Shown here piece by piece: positions 15,443-15,931 of a stretch of 15,931 nt of DNA. The notes beneath the pieces were generated by a model. It made no database searches, was not told where the DNA came from, and was given only the letters and a program-made list of their open reading frames with translations. Position 1 is the first letter of the stretch, and the number at the start of each line of letters is the position of its first letter. The translations under genes were made by a program, and so were the position numbers. The stretch is taken from contig JBOFUV010000128.1 of NCBI GenBank assembly GCA_051652765.1, positions 1 through 15,931 on the forward strand, in the 5' to 3' direction. Source of the DNA: Microcoleaceae cyanobacterium (GTDB taxonomy: Bacteria; Cyanobacteriota; Cyanobacteriia; Cyanobacteriales; Microcoleaceae).

Positions 15443-15797
15443 TTACTCCAATAACCAATCAAACAAATCCTCGATTGTAAGCTGTAAATCGCTTGCAAAT
15501 GATGGGACAGGAACAACTTCATCTGGCTCATCCAACACGTCAGGTTCTTGCTTTGGACAATAGACAAATACGGTTTGTTCATTTGGATCGACTAACCAAC
15601 CCATTTGGGTTCCATGCCGCAGACAGTGAAGGATATTCTTCGTCACTTTTGTTTGGCTTTGATCAGGAGACAGGATTTCAATTGTCCAATCTGGTGCAGT
15701 AGGAAATATATTGGCAACCTCCCCATTCTCATCACGGGGAATTCGGTTCCAAAGAAAAACTGCAATGTCGGGAACGGTTGAATGACCACCAAAGGTA
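15443..15797 (-). pseudogene. Uma2 (DUF820, PD-(D/E)XK) endonuclease, 3' part, interrupted by IS630
   Basis: TFGGHSTVPDIAVF...APDWTIEILSPDQ...HGTQMGWLVDP are Uma2 motifs. Upstream of TFGG the sequence switches to an IS end, so the ORF-track N-terminus (MSSIRCEK...) is IS-derived. Confidence 0.85.
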
Positions 15798-15931
15798 TAG
15801 CAATCGCCACTAAGGTTAGGATGCTGTCTTGAGAACGTGCTCCATCGCTTCTCGCAACGTATCGAACTCATTTAAGCTCTTACGAATGCGGCTCTTGAGC
15901 CATGACCAACACCGCTCAATCTTATTGAGGT
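15798..15931 (-). mobile_element. IS630-family insertion sequence, downstream end (partial)
   Basis: Plus strand reads TA|TAGCAATCGCCACTAAGGTTAGG with the TA target at 15796-15797. Contains the transposase C-terminus. Confidence 0.85.
15816..15931 (-). CDS. IS630 transposase C-terminus (5'-partial)
   Basis: Minus frame from 15929 reads LNKIERCWSWLKSRIRKSLNEFDTLREAMEHVLKTAS*, matching the (SPD)LNxIExxWxxLK signature that carries the catalytic Glu of IS630 DDE transposases. Confidence 0.88.
   Translation of the reverse strand, partial: LNKIERCWSWLKSRIRKSLNEFDTLREAMEHVLKTAS

Noticed and set aside
15798..15871. ORF-track N-terminus of the Uma2 protein
   Set aside because: Derived from the IS630 end and transposase in another frame; not native Uma2 sequence.
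14115..15931. Absence of perfect HIP1 sites as evidence of foreign origin
   Set aside because: Gaps of 2-3.5 kb without HIP1 also occur in the rest of the window, so this is not informative.

Overview
Cyanobacterial chromosomal window (at least 8 HIP1 GCGATCGC octamers; NtcA-type box; GUN4, Uma2 and ArgZ families). Left to right: 3' end of a small hypothetical gene, argZ/agrE (arginine dihydrolase), a small membrane protein, a hypothetical protein, a RimJ/RimL GNAT, a SIMPL/DUF541 protein, a trypsin-like protease with RTX repeats, a TPR + nSTAND1 NTPase, a 165-bp MITE-like element, a CDKN3-like CX5R phosphatase, a 14-bp x5 tandem repeat, a membrane-anchored GUN4-domain protein and citrate synthase (gltA). 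The right ~1.3 kb is accessory and the most interesting part. An 86-bp sequence with integron attC architecture (15340-15425, minus strand) separates a Uma2 endonuclease gene from an MntA/HepT (MNT-HEPN) toxin-antitoxin pair, which suggests the decaying end of a gene-cassette array. Both putative cassettes are damaged: Uma2 is split by an IS630 element inserted at a TA, and the HEPN toxin is truncated by a 10-bp tandem duplication. No integrase is visible in the window. All family calls come from motif recognition by eye, not from database searches.
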